A stretch of 64,000 nt of DNA from Mobula hypostoma (Eukaryota), in contig NC_086097.1 in NCBI RefSeq assembly GCF_963921235.1, positions 84,446,001 through 84,510,000 on the forward strand. Direction: 5' to 3'. Within the stretch, counting starts at the first letter, position 1; each line of letters starts with the position of its first letter. The position numbers and the translations under genes were made by a program. Positions 33,661-46,579 of the stretch are shown here, piece by piece. The notes under the pieces were generated by a model. It did no database searches, had not been told where the DNA came from, and worked only from the letters and a program-made list of their open reading frames with translations.

Positions 33661-35465
33661 GTGCCTAGACCATTATCTATATGCTACCTGAAAGCTTTAT
33701 GACAAAGGTGTTTCAAGAACAAGCAAAGTGCAATATGTGACAGAATTTCCCATTTCAACCCCATCTTTAAATCAGACATGTGCACATGCATTTCTTCTCC
33801 GACCCTGTGTTAAACAATCTGTAGGTTAGTTCATTTGAATGCCTGTGTGTCAGAGGGTCTTTACCCAAATTTTGGGATTAATCTTCAGTGTCACAATAAT
33901 AGACTAAAGAAGCAGAGAAACATACAAAAGGCAGGAGAAACAGGTGTCGGCTATACGGCCCTTCAAACCTGCTCCATCAGAACCAGAATCAGGTTTAATT
34001 TCACCAGCGTATGTTGTGAAATTTGTTGTCTTTCTGACAATACCATAATGCAATACATAAAAATAGAAAATAAAACAAATTACAGTATATATATATATAT
34101 ATATATAGTTAAATGAGGTAGTGTAAAAATAGAAATTTTAAAAAAAGTAGTGAGGTAGTGTTCATGGTTCAAAGTCCATTCAGAAATCAGATGGCAGAGG
34201 GGAAGAAGCTGTTCCTGAATCATTGAGTGTGTGTCTTTGGGCTTCTGTACCTCCTTCCCGCTAGTAGCAATGAGAACAGGCCATGAACTGGTTGAGGGGG
34301 GTCCTTAATGATGGACACCACCGTTTTGAGACATCGCTCCTTGAAGATGTCCTCGATACTACAGAGGCCATGATGAAACTGACTAAGTTTACAACTGTCT
34401 GCAGCTTGTTCAATCCTGTGCGGTAGCACCCCCCCCCCCACCCCCCCATACCAAACGGTGATGCAGCTTGCTAGACTGCTCTGCACAGAATATCTGTCAT
34501 GCTGCCTTTGAAGCTGAATTGATATGTTGGGTCCAGGGTAGATCATCAGATATATTGACACCCAAGAACCTGAAGTTGCTCACTGTTTCCACTTCTGATC
34601 TCTCCAGGAGGACTGATTTGTGTTCCCTCATCTTATTCTTTCTGAAGTCCACAATCAGTTCTCTGGTCTTGCTGACATTGAGTGCAAGATTGTCGCTGCA
34701 ACATCATAGAAACATAGAAAACCTACAGCACAATACAGGCCCTTCGGCCCACAGAGTTGTGCCGAACATGTCCCTACCTTAGAAATTACTAGGCTTACCC
34801 ATAGCCCTCTGTTTTACTAAGCTCCATGTAACTATTTAAAAGTCTCTTAAAAGACCCTATTGTATCCATCTCCACCACCGTTGCCGGCAGCCCATTCCAC
34901 ACACTCACCACTCTCTGAGTAAAAAATTTACCCCTGATATCTCCCCTGTACCTACTCTCCAGCACCTTAAACCTGTGTCCTCAGCCCTGGGAAAAAGCCT
35001 CTGACTATCCACACGATCAATGCCTCTCATCATCTTATACACCTTTATCAGGTCACCTCTCATCCTCCGTCACTCCAAGGAGAAAAGGCCGAGTTCACTC
35101 AACCTATTCTCATAAGGCATGCTCCCCCAATCCAGGCAACATCCTTGTAAATCTCCTTTGCACCCTTTCTGTGGTTTCCATGTCCTTCCTGTAGTGAGGC
35201 GACCAGAACTGAGCACAGTACTCCAAGTGTCTGACCAGGGCCCTATATAGCTGCAACATTACCTCTCAGCTCCTAAATTCAATTTCATGATTGATGAAGG
35301 CCAATACATCGTACACCTTCTTAACCACAGAGTCAACCTGCACAGCTGCTTTGAGTGTCCTATGGACTCGGACCCCAAGTTCCCTCTGATCCTCCACACT
35401 GCCAAGAGTCTTACCATTAATACTATATTCTGCCATCATATTTGACCTACCAAAATGAACCACTT

Positions 35466-35750
35466 GTTGGCGTGTGGCCAAGTGGTTAAGGCATTCGCGT
35501 AGTGACTTGAAGATCGCTAGTTTGAGCCTTGGCTGAGGCAGCGTGTTGTGTCCTTGAGCAAGGCACTTAACCACACATTGCTCTGTGACAACACCGGTGC
35601 CAAGCTGTATGGGTCCTAATGCCCTTCCCTTGGACAACATTGGTGGCGTGGAGAGGGGAAACTTCCAACATGGGGAACTGCTGGTCTTCCATACAATCTT
35701 CCAAGATGCAAATCCATGGTCTCATGAGACTAACGGTTGCCTATATAAAA
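35466..35750 (+). mobile_element. tRNA SINE sharing its head with 24307 but with a different body
   Basis: Perfect 14-bp TSD aaaatgaaccactt (35452-35465, 35751-35764). A-box tggccaagtgg; ccttgagcaaggcacttaacc core; tail aatccatggtctcatgagactaacgg. Confidence 0.9.
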
Positions 35751-36096
35751 AAAATGAACCACTTCACACTTATCTGGATTGAACTCCATCTGCCACTTCT
35801 CAGCCCAGTTTTGCATCCTATCAATGTCCTGCTGTAACCTCTGACAGCCCTCCACATTATCCACAACACCTCCCACCTTTGTGTCATCAGCAAACTTACT
35901 AACCCATCCCTCCACTTCCTCATCCAGGTCATTTATAAAAATCACAAAGAGTAAGGGTCCCAGAACAGATCCCGGAGGCACAGCAGTGGTCACTGACCTC
36001 CATGCAGAATATGACCCGTCTATAACCACTCTTTGTCTTCCGTGGGCAAACCAGTTCTGGATCCACAAAGCAATGTCCCCTTGGATCCCATGCCGT

Positions 36097-36195
36097 AGAT
36101 GTAGTGTATATGGATTTTAGCAAGGCATCTGATAAAGTACCCCATGCCAGGGTACTTTATCAGATGCCTTGCTGAAATCCATATACACTACATCT
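36097..36195. repeat. 46-bp inverted repeat (45/46 match) with 7-bp spacer inside CR1
   Basis: 36097-36142 is the reverse complement of 36150-36195 with one mismatch. Confidence 0.95.
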
Positions 36196-37959
36196 CCAGC
36201 TCTTCCTTCATCAATGTGTTTAGTCACATCCTCAAAAAATTCGATCAGGCTTGTAAGGCACAACCTGCCTTTAACAAAGCCATGCTGACTACTCCTAATC
36301 ATATTATACCTTTCCAAATATTCATAAATTCTGCCTCTCAGGATCTTCTCCATCAGCTTACCAACCACTGAGGTAAGACTCACTGGTCTATAATTTCCTG
36401 TACATCATTCAGCTAGCTGATATATCTCCTATATGCCTTCTCATCACCATCTGAAATTCAGCCAACAATGGTTGTGTCATGGCTGATTTTACAAATTCAC
36501 CATTCTGTTGCAACCTTCTCCCTTTGCCCCTTGATCCTTGTAGAGCAATATAACCCAATTAAATGTTTTGGTCCAGTTTATGGTGTGTTTTAACACTAGA
36601 CTCGCGCTAAACACAAACAATTTCAAGACAGAGCAATGAAAGAAAATGACTTGAATTTACCATAGGCATATATCACAACATGATTCAAACTTTTGTCTAT
36701 TGCATCAAAACTAACTCAACACATTTTGATGGGATTCAAATTCAACTTGTGCAAAGTTGCGTACTACCCATTGGTAAATCGTACTGATTCCCTTATTCTA
36801 AACTGGCAACACACACAAAGCACTGGAGCCTTCTCCTGCTAGCAACTCTACTAAAGAGGTTGCACACCATTTACCTCTGTGCAGAAACTTTGACAATAGC
36901 ACTGTGGCAGGCTGTTTGACACCTGTGCCAAAAGATTTTCTTATCTTAGTGGCCCAAGCACCAAAGGTTTATTTAACTTGATGTTCATATACAAAAGATT
37001 GTTAGGAAATAGATTATTACAACATCTTTGGTCCTAAAATTCTTTTACTTGAGATCCTGGCATTTGTGCTAAGATTGTACAAATGTACAAGCAGACCCCT
37101 GATACTGGTTCTGTCAAAGCCTGGAGGGCTTCTCATTAGTACAGAATAGGCAGGCAAAATTATTTGGGTACTGTGCTCACACCAGCCAGAAAAATCAAAG
37201 CTTGAGTCAAATGTTGCCAATGGAATTACTGGCCAGCTAACAAAGGAGCTGATCTCCACTTTTTTTTAAGAAGCATTACTATTTATTGAAGGTTCAGGCT
37301 GCCTCTTTGCCAGAGAGCTGCCCAGCAGGACCCATATTTGGCCCAGAGGAAGTCGCTAAGTGTGTCAGTTGCCATGACTACATTGGTCCCAGGTTTAAGG
37401 AAGACCACCCTGCCCCCTGCCTGTGGTTTACATTGTGTGCAGAAGTTCTATCCACTATACGACAAAGAGAAAATGGCGCAGATCTAGTGAAATCAAGTCT
37501 GGACACCTAACTGATTTCCCGAAAGTGGGATCATCAAACCCGAACACTCAATTGCAACCCCTTCCCATTCATTGGGGCTGTGTAAAGGCAAGCTGTAGTA
37601 GCTGTCTGGATGACTTCCAAATAGCCTATTTTAACCTTAGACATCAGTAAACTAAATAGTTAAGATCAGCTTGCACATTCATGTTGATCTGATCCCCAGA
37701 ATTCCCTATTATGTATACTAGAATTTCCAATTTTAAATATAGGCTGAGATGGGCAGGACCTGAAAGCAAGTTAACCTTTTACCCAGGAATGGAGGTAAAC
37801 GAGGTCTTACACATAGTGAACTCAAGCTGGCAAATGGAGAAGGCTATTATTTACTTAATCCACTGGGCCGTGAAGATAAGAAGAGGGAGGGCATCTTGTT
37901 GTGAGGGGTAGGTGTGAAAAGTACATTACCCTAACTGTGAGAACCAATAGGGCAAGTAC

Positions 37960-38466
37960 TGGAGGTATTAATAAAGTGGCCACTGAGTGTATGCTCATGA
38001 CCTGCTGCTGTAGCCTATCTACTTCAAGGTTCGACATGTTGTAACACATGGTTATTTGAGTTACTCTTGCTGTTCTGTCACCTTGAACCAGTATGGCCAT
38101 TTTCCTCTACCACTTCGATTATCAAGGGGTTTTCGCCCACGGAATTGCTGCTCACTGGATGCTTTTCGTTTATTTGTTTTTTTGCACCATTCTCTGTAAA
38201 CTCTAGACACTGTTGTGTGTGAGGACCCAGGAGATCACCGGTTTCTGAGATACTCCAGCCACCCTGTCTGGCACCAACAATCATCCCATGGTCAACGTCA
38301 CTTAGATCACATTTCTTTCCCATTCTGATGTTTGGTCTGAACAACAACTGAACTTTTTGACCATGGTGCATGCTTTTATACATTGTATTGGTGCCATGTG
38401 ATTGACTGATCAGATACTTGCATCAATGAACAGCTGTACCTGAGAAGGTGGCCACTGAGTCGAGTA
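37960..38466 (-). mobile_element. Tc1/mariner non-autonomous derivative
   Basis: Minus ORF MGKKCDLSDVDHGMIVGARQGGWSISETGDLLG (Tc1 paired-like N-terminus). Terminal motif gtggccactgagt at ~37976 and ~38448. Confidence 0.85.
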
Positions 38467-40059
38467 CACAGGGGATTATGGGTTACCATCCAGATCAAAA
38501 TTTCAGTTAACTAGATGCATATTCCTAGTTGCAAATCTGCCCCATGGCTTTGAACCTGATGGGATTTATTACAGAACCAGGACATTTGTAACTAAATTGA
38601 CAGCAAGCTGACAGCCTAACGCTCCATTGGGCCATTAGCTTCTTTTTGGAAATAAAAAGGTACAAGATTCAGAACATGGATCTGGATACAACAATGATAC
38701 AGGTAGGTACAGAGCTCTCAGTGTAGGTTAATTCACTCTCAGCTAAATCAAAGGAAAAAGCAAAGTGTTTTCCAGTAAAGCCTCAAGGTATTAAAGTATG
38801 AAGCAACAAATGGTTTTGTGGCATTTTCTTTTGCTGACCAATACTCTCCAAATGCTGAACATAGAGATAATTTATTGGAACAGGAATTGGAATTGAACCG
38901 AGGTTTCAGAAACTCCCAGCCAGACAAGCCGGAAAGGAAACAACTTGCATTCATTTCTATGGAAAGAACAACTAATCTCCATGGATTGGGCTGGTACTGG
39001 ACATGATTATCCTCCTTTACATCACTGTACCATGTAATAGTGTAATTTTCCTGGCATTCTAACTCGGTTCCTTGAAATAAATGCTCAGAAACTGAAATTT
39101 AAACAGAGCTCTATATATTTGCATGCCCTTACATTTCGGCAGGTTGAAAAACATTTTGATGGTGTTTCAAATATTTTTAAATGAACGTGGTGGAAAATGT
39201 CCATGGACAGTTTTTGGTCATGAATGTTGGGCTCTGTGGCCCTGCTGAAATTGTGTCTCACACAAGATCTGGGAGCAGGACAAGAGGAGAGAAGAGGAGG
39301 TCCAATCAGCTGCAAGCTTCAAAATTACAGCTTCATTTCCCTTTTTGAAAGTTGCCTGCCAGACTGCATCTATGCAACAGATAGAGCGAAACTCTCCCAT
39401 CAGTTTAAATGAGACTAACTTGACTATTCCCGGCAGTAGAAATATATTATGGCTCTGCCACATCATTTGGCCATCTCCAACTCACATTCTGAAGCATGGA
39501 GAAACCAGGGCATGAACCTTGGCCTACATTGGCTCATGCGGAATGAGTATGGCCAGAATCCAGATATTTCCTGATGAGACAAGGCTGTACTTCCAGGGTT
39601 TGTACTGTCTTGCATGTAATTGGCGCCGATTCTGACTGGGTGCCATGTGGCTACAGGCCCTCCAGACATCCTAGCTTCTTTATGAAATGGTCACCAATCT
39701 CAAAATAAAGTGTTTGAGTCTCATGCTATTCCATTCAGGCACCTTGGCAAAAAATCAATTCATCTAAAAGATCCCCTGCCTTCAGTATATCGGCCTGTGC
39801 TGTACAATCCATGATGCACTCCCTATTGTAATATAGGAAGGGAGCAGCCACAAACAAGGAGTGGTTGTACAGCACAATGGTGTACTGGTGCATTGGAGTT
39901 TTGGAGACTGATACATTAATCATTCCTTGAAACATTCTTGCCACTGAAGCCAGTTCTGAATATTTCCAATCATAAATTTCAAATGGGAAACCTGCCCAAC
40001 AAGTTTTGAATTTGACAGATGATACTCTGACGGACAACTGCTCCCTCACGTCTCCAGCT

Positions 40060-40436
40060 ACGTGGGTTTAATTCTCACTTTGATACTGTCTGTGGATTTT
40101 GCACATGCTCCCAGTGACCACAAGGGTGTCCTCTGGGCTTCCTCCCATGTCCCAAAGACATGTAGGTGGTGGGTTATTTGGCCACTGAAAATTGTCTCCA
40201 ATCTGTAGGCAAGTGATAGGATCAAGACATGCATTCCCAATCTTTTCTATACCATGAATTCTTACCAATAACTGAGGGGTCCATGGACGCCAGGTTGGAA
40301 ACCTCTGATTTAGAGGGGTTGATAGGAATGTGTGAAGCTTAAAATGGGATTAATTCACACCTACTGTAATGGGTGCATGATGGTTGCCATGGAGACTGTG
40401 GACCAAAGGGCCTGTTTCCCTGCTGTATGACTCCGT
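40060..40436 (+). mobile_element. V-SINE containing a small hAT MITE
   Basis: tgtctgtggattttgcacatgctccc..gcttcctcccatgtcccaaagac; CR1-like tail gggcctgtttccctgctgtatgactc. Confidence 0.75.
40228..40307. mobile_element. Degenerate 80-bp hAT MITE
   Basis: cattcccaatc..ggttggaaacctctg. Same length and internal motif (gggtccatgga) as 63589-63668, in opposite orientation. Confidence 0.6.
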
Positions 40437-40789
40437 AAGTGGGTGATGCATTTTAACTGGATTGGTTGAGGCATATTAACTGGCCAGGGCATGAATGAGG
40501 TGTCTCCTCATATTTTCAAAATAGAGCCACAAAACTTTTACAACTGCTTGACAGAACACGTGGCCTACATTTCAAGGAATTGGTCCAAAAGATGGCTTTC
40601 AAGTACAGCATTGGATTATCAGCCAAGTTTATTGTGTTGAAATGACTTGTTCTGCCTTCTTCAAAACTGTTCCCCATCATATACAGACTAGGAAGCACTC
40701 CAATACAGAAAACGAGGTACCGCTTTGAACCCAGAGAATCAAGATTTCATACCACACCAAAAATAATAAGATGCTGGTTGCACACACCT

Positions 40790-42525
40790 TCAGTCAGATA
40801 CAGCATGTCATCAACGCTTACCAATTTTTATTGATGCTCCATGGAAAACATTCTATCCTGATGCATAACTGCTTGGTATGACAACTGCTCTGTATGTGAC
40901 TACAAGACACTGCAGAGAGTTATAACACAGCTCAGCACATCACAGAAACCAGCTTCCCTGCACTGATTGTCTAAACTTCTCACTGCCTCAGTAAAACAGC
41001 CAGCACAATCAAAGACAACACCCATCCTGACATTCTCTCTTCTCACCTCTTAAATCGGGCAGAAGATACAAAAGCCTGAAAGCATGTACTACCCAGCTCA
41101 ACGACAGCTTCTGTTGCATTCATGTAAGCCGATTAATTGGTTCCTTAGATATACACTTGACCTCATAATCTACCTCATAATGATCCCGCACCTAATTGCT
41201 TACTTGCTCTGCAATTTCCCTGTAGCTGTTAACTTTATTCTTCATTAGAAACATAGAAAACCTACAGCACAATACAGGCCCTTTGGCCAACAAATCTGTG
41301 CCGAATCTGTCCTTACCCTAGAACGATGTAGGCTTACCCATAGACCTCTATTTTTCTAAGCTCCATGTAGCCATCCAGGAGTCTCTTAAAAGACCCTATC
41401 GTTTTCACCTCCACCACCGCTGCTGGCAGCCTATTCCACGCACTCACCACTCTGCGTAAAAAACTTACCCTTGACATCTCCTCTGTACTTACTTCCAAGC
41501 ACCTTAAAACTGTGCCCTCTCGTGCTAACCATTTCAACCCTGGGGAAAAGCCTCTGACTATCCACATGATCAATGCCTTTCATTATCTTGTACACCTCTG
41601 TCAGGTCACCTCTCATCCTCCCTCACTCCAAGGAAAAAAGGCCGAGTTCACTCAACCTATTCTCATAGGGCATGCTCCCCAATCCAAGAAACATCCTTGT
41701 AAATCTCCTCTGCACCCTTTCTATAGTTTCAACATCCTTTCTGTAGTGAGGTGACCAGAATTGAGCACAGTACTCCAAGTGGGGTCTGACCAGGTCTTAT
41801 ATAGCTGCAACATTACCTCTCAGCCCTTAAACTCAATCCCACGATTGATGAAGGGCAATGCACCGTATACCTTCTTAACCACAGAGTCAATCTGCGTACT
41901 AGCTTTGAGTGTCCTATGGACTCGGACCCCAAGATCCCTCTGATCCTCCACACTGCCAAGAGTCTTACCATTAATACTATATTCTGCCATCATATTCGAC
42001 CTACCAAAATGAACCACCTCACATTTATCTGTGTTGAACTCCATCTGCCACTTCTCAGCCCAGTTTTGCATCCTATCAATGTCCTGCTGTAACCTCTGAC
42101 AGCCCTCCACACTATCCACAACACCCCCAACCTTTGTGTCATCAGGAAATTTACTAACCCATCCCTCCACTTCCTCATCCAAGTCATTTATAAAAATCAC
42201 AAAGAGTAGGGGTCCCAGAACAGATCCCTGAGGCAAACCACTGGTCACCGACCTCCATGCAGAATATGACCCGTCTACAACCACTCTTTGCCTTCTGCGG
42301 GCAAGCCAGTTCTGGATCCACAAAGCAATGTCCCCTTGGATCCCATGCCTCCTTACTTTCTCAATAAGCCTTGCATGGGGTACCTTATCAAATGCCTTGC
42401 TGTTTGTTATTGTTCCATCTTCTTCTGTTTCGATGCACCCTGAACCGATTTAATCTCTATGAACTGCATGCAAGACAAGTTTGCACAGCATCTCAATACA
42501 TGTGACAATAACAAACCAATTTAAA
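40790..42525 (+). mobile_element. Rex1 3' part split by CR1; pieces 40790-41245 and 42403-42525
   Basis: TNFY..MENIL..CITAWY, ASTIKD..HP and PSGRRY-like motifs. Tail tacatgtgacaataacaaacc. Confidence 0.75.
41246..42402 (-). mobile_element. Young CR1 LINE, 5'-truncated
   Basis: WIQNWLARRRQRVV..PQGSVLGPLLF..KFPDDTK..WQMEFN; tail tagaaacatagaaaac. Confidence 0.95.
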
Positions 42526-42982
42526 TTCCAATTCCTGGAGCAGCAAAGTAGACAAACTGATTTACAGAAGTGAGTAGGTACTGGAATATAAAATTCTATG
42601 AAGGCAGTTTAAGAAGCTTACTTACCTACATATTGTGAAAAGTACCTTCGCTTGGCTTCTAATTAACTACTAAAACTTACATTAAGCAATTATATTTACA
42701 AGTTAAGTAATTGCTCAACACTTATATACATTTGAGAAGCATCACTTTTCAACTCAACTTCTTATATCAGCTGCAACATATCCTATAGACCTAACAGCTC
42801 AGGTCAGTCTCGTCAGTCTGAATTTGCTTTAGATTTTGTTTTACTTCATTATTTAATAGTTGATTAAAGTTTTGATTGAATGCAAATATTTTTGTTTGGG
42901 AAGTGTAACTGATGTGACAAATTACTTGCTTTGCATGAACACGCGTCATCCGTTGGCAACTGATGCCAATGTCGCACTTGCA

Positions 42983-43266
42983 TTTATTTTACTGAGATAC
43001 AGCATGGAATAGGCCATTCTGGCCCTTCAAGCCGTGCTGTCCAGCCAACCCCAGTTTAATCCTAGCCTAATCAGGGGACAATTTACAATGACCAATCAAC
43101 TTACCAACCAGTATGTCTTTAGACTGTGGGAGGAAACCGAAGAGCCTGGAGGAAACCCACGCGGTCACGGGGAGAACATACAAACTCCTGTCGGACAGTG
43201 GCAGGAATTGAACCTGGGTCGCCGGTACTGTGAAGTGTTATCCCAACCACTACACTACTGTGCCAC
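42983..43266 (-). mobile_element. V-SINE (HE1-like), near full length
   Basis: Minus strand: tggcacagtag A-box-like, ggttcaattcc B-box, ggtttcctcc twice, CR1-like tail. Confidence 0.85.
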
Positions 43267-43994
43267 TTTCTGGTAGCCACTGACGAGAGGCTGAGATTGG
43301 CTGCCACCGATGGGTCAGCGAGCAACAGGGACGACATTGCGTTTGAAAGCATGGCCTCACTGACTGCGGGATGCAAAAGCACTATTTATCTTACTCTCCC
43401 CAACCACAGCCAAGAACACTTCAAGATTGCTCATCCCAAGGTTCCCCATTTGGCAGAACCTGAGATCCGATTTGCCAATACCCACCCCAGCCTACAATTC
43501 AAGTCCAGATGAAGTCGCCAGAACTGTGGTAATTTTTATAAACGACCAGAGACTAAAATGAAGAGCCAACATTCCCAGTTTCTTCCCACCACCCCAAATA
43601 TTTCAACAATATCTTTTTGTAATCTAACCCACTCAATAGGGAAAATTTGGCAGATAAGTCGGAGGCTGTAAACCCCAGGTTTATGCAGATGTTTTCCATA
43701 CGGTAGTTAAGTGCCTTGGAGCAGTGCACAAGATTAAATATTTATCAGATTAAATGAAAGTTGTTGCACTGAAACCAACTGTGACATACAAGTTGTTTGT
43801 TTTTCAAAGTAACTACGACCAGTGTGTTAACAAATGTTGTGTTTTTAGGAGTCTATCGCCATTTCCGAAACTCATAAGCATCCAAGTTCTCATTTGCAGT
43901 AACTGTGCTCCAAGTGAAAAGACCAAACCTTTCTCATGGTTCCTGTTAGCTCAGATCATTGACCCCAGGGTTAGCCCTTCTCTTCACTGCCCTA

Positions 43995-44340
43995 GGGCAC
44001 AATGGCACAGCCTTTAAAGCTGCTGCATCACAGCTCCAGAGTCCCATGTCTAATCCTGAACTTGTGGAATGTGCATTTTCTCTCAGTGACCACGTGCATA
44101 GCACCACCCCCTCCCCACGCCAATAGTCCGGCTTCCTCTCACGTCTCAATAATGTGCGGATCGAAAGGTTAACTGGCCATTATAAATTGCTTCTGTCGCC
44201 TGGGTGAATAGTAGATTCTTGGCGGAGCTGATAAGCATGTGGAGAGAATAAAAATGAAATTAATGTAGAGTTAGTATAAATAGGTGTTTAATGGTCAGCA
44301 CTGACCCAGTAGCATGCAAAGTCTGTTTCTGTACAACTCC
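43995..44340 (+). mobile_element. V-SINE, decayed
   Basis: ggcacaatggcacag..tcacagctccag..ccggcttcctctcac..ggttaactggccat. Confidence 0.7.
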
Positions 44341-44619
44341 TGAGTGGGACAGCTTTGCGAGATTAGCACAACACATTCTGTTTTTTTTTTACCTGTGTTT
44401 CACCGTTTGAGAATATCTCATTACATCCAACTTTATCATTTAACTTATTTGCATTGGTTGAACAAGTGGTTTGGTGTTAAATCGTTTACAAGTGATGCAC
44501 CACTGGTCACAGGCTTCTAGTCTGAAAATCAACCCTTTTACTCCTTCCTTCCAACTTTAGATCCCATTCTCTTAATCACACCGAGCAAACTTTTATTCTT
44601 TAATCATTTTTTTTTGGAA

Positions 44620-44965
44620 GATTATTGCTAAGGCATCCTTCATTGACTATCCCTAAGTTGTTGTATTTAGTAGCATATCAGGCCTCTTCAGAGGACGTTC
44701 TACCAGTCAATCATGTGAGGTGAGATTGGATTTACATAGAGGAAAGGATGGCGGAACATGATAGACATTAATGAACAATAGTTTCTGCAACAATCCAGTA
44801 GTTTTTTTGTCTGGTTATTATGAAGACTAGCTGCTCTTGCTTACAAACTCCAGATTATTAACTGAATGTAATGTTCCTCTGCTGGTTTGGTGGGAATGCA
44901 GTTTGGGCCTCTGCAAACCCTCTGGAATGCAGCCTACTGCAGTAATTTAACCACTGTAACCTTGT
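44620..44965 (-). mobile_element. Old tRNA-headed SINE remnant
   Basis: gacattaatgaac..caacaatcc..gactagc..ctccagatt..aaccactgta matches the reverse complement of the 50241 head. Confidence 0.5.
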
Positions 44966-46009
44966 GGCTTTGCACCAACTTTTAAAACCAGCTTGTCTTC
45001 TGTTAACTAGAAACCCAATTAGTCCACATCTTGCAAGCCAATGCACCTCCTTTGGTGTTTCTTCCCTAAAATATGCCGTAACTTCAGCAATAAACGTACA
45101 GCCGTTTCTACTTTTCAGTCCATTTCTTATCTGCTCCTAAAGTCATCAAAGACTTCTTGGAAGTTAAGGTGCTTTTATGTTTAGGCCTGGGATTCATTGT
45201 CAAGTTCAGCATATATCAACCATGCCTAAACAACCTTGATAAGATGGCACTGAGCCATCTTGAACCTCTTCAATCCCTCTGGCAAAGTCACTCCCTCGGC
45301 GCTGTTGTATATGGACCTTGTGACAATGAAGAAGTTTTGTCATATTTCTAAATCACAATGGGGTACAACTTGGAGGGCAGCTGCAGGCAATTATGTCCCC
45401 TTGTCCCTTTTGGTGGCTGAGGCTGAGGTTTTGGATAAATCCTGATGAGCTATATTGAATCCAGCTTTTGAGTTTAACTGCAGCAAGGACTAATATACCT
45501 TATCCTGACTTTTACTTCCTTAAAGACATTGGAAAGTTCATCATGCGTAGCCTCCCTTTTCTAAATCTGCATGAACCATTATTAACTGGGTCATCATCGT
45601 CTACTGTTAGATCACAGAGATTGCCATTGGTTATTTTATAATTAATTTCTTTATTTAATATAGAATTGACATCACATTAAGGAATACTAAATGGAAGGGA
45701 TAAAGAAAAATTCATTTAACAGTCTGAGGTGATGTAGTTCCAATCTGTTGGCATCTCATTGTCACCAACGTTCAAATCTCTTCAGACATGGGGAGGTGGG
45801 AACCTACTTTGAGTGCACTGGCAGAATCATGTCCATGTACCTAAATCTGTTTTTAATGACAATTTTCATTAATATGGTGCTCTTAGCCAAGCAACGTGTC
45901 TGAATGCATTTGATGGGATTTAGCATAATAAAATGAAATTGATCTACAAGAACAGATGACCAAGTCATTGGTCAAAAAGATAGGATTAACAACTCTTTCA
46001 TAAGGAAAG

Positions 46010-46225
46010 TGGACTCTTTCTGTGGACCAGTTCAGAATGCTATTTGCTTGCATTTATTGTTTGTATGATTTGTTTCTTTTCCTCTGCAAACTGGGTGTTT
46101 GACTCTCTGTGTTTTTTTTTAATGGATTCTTTTGGGTTTCTTTGTTTTGTGGCTGCCTGTTAGGAGATGAATCTCAAGGTTGTATATAGTATGCATACCT
46201 TGGTAATAAATGTACTTTGAACTTT
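46010..46225 (+). mobile_element. 3' tail of the non-autonomous Rex1-tailed family
   Basis: Aligns by eye with 26535-26742. Confidence 0.75.
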
Positions 46226-46579
46226 TTAGTTTATTCTGGGGAAAAGTTTTGTCTTGCAAATTCAGTATCAACTTACACATGGGATGTTAGATGCTATATA
46301 CATGGCAACAGGCCCTACGATAAGATATTTAATGTTGCTGATCCTCGGAGTTGCCATAACTTCTAGTTCACGTGCACTATCTGGACCATTAATGACTATC
46401 CCATTAATATGACCACTACCTCTTGCGGCTTTTTCATTCGCTGCCTTAACATGCCTTTTCCCCTTTTTCATGTTTATGTTCAGTGCAGACCTTATTTTAT
46501 GACAGAGTCAGTCAAGAGCATGAAGGAATCACTGTGAAGTTATCTTACAGTAATAGAGCTTAATACTTTTCAAGATGAA

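Larger units (their letters stand above)
34708..36400 (-). mobile_element. Young CR1 LINE, 5'-truncated, containing a SINE and a fold-back duplication
   Basis: SLTSVVGKLMEKIL, QHGFVKGR, GSVLGPLLFVIFINDLD, KFADDTK. Tail (agaaacat)n. Same subfamily as 41246-42402. Confidence 0.95.
33980..36490 (-). mobile_element. Rex1/Babar 3' part split by CR1; pieces 33980-34707 and 36402-36490
   Basis: Tail accagaatcaggttt; SIIKDPP..FSLL..GRRYRS. Resumes after the CR1 at the DDTTIVG region. TSD acatcat (34701-34707, 36402-36408). Confidence 0.88.
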
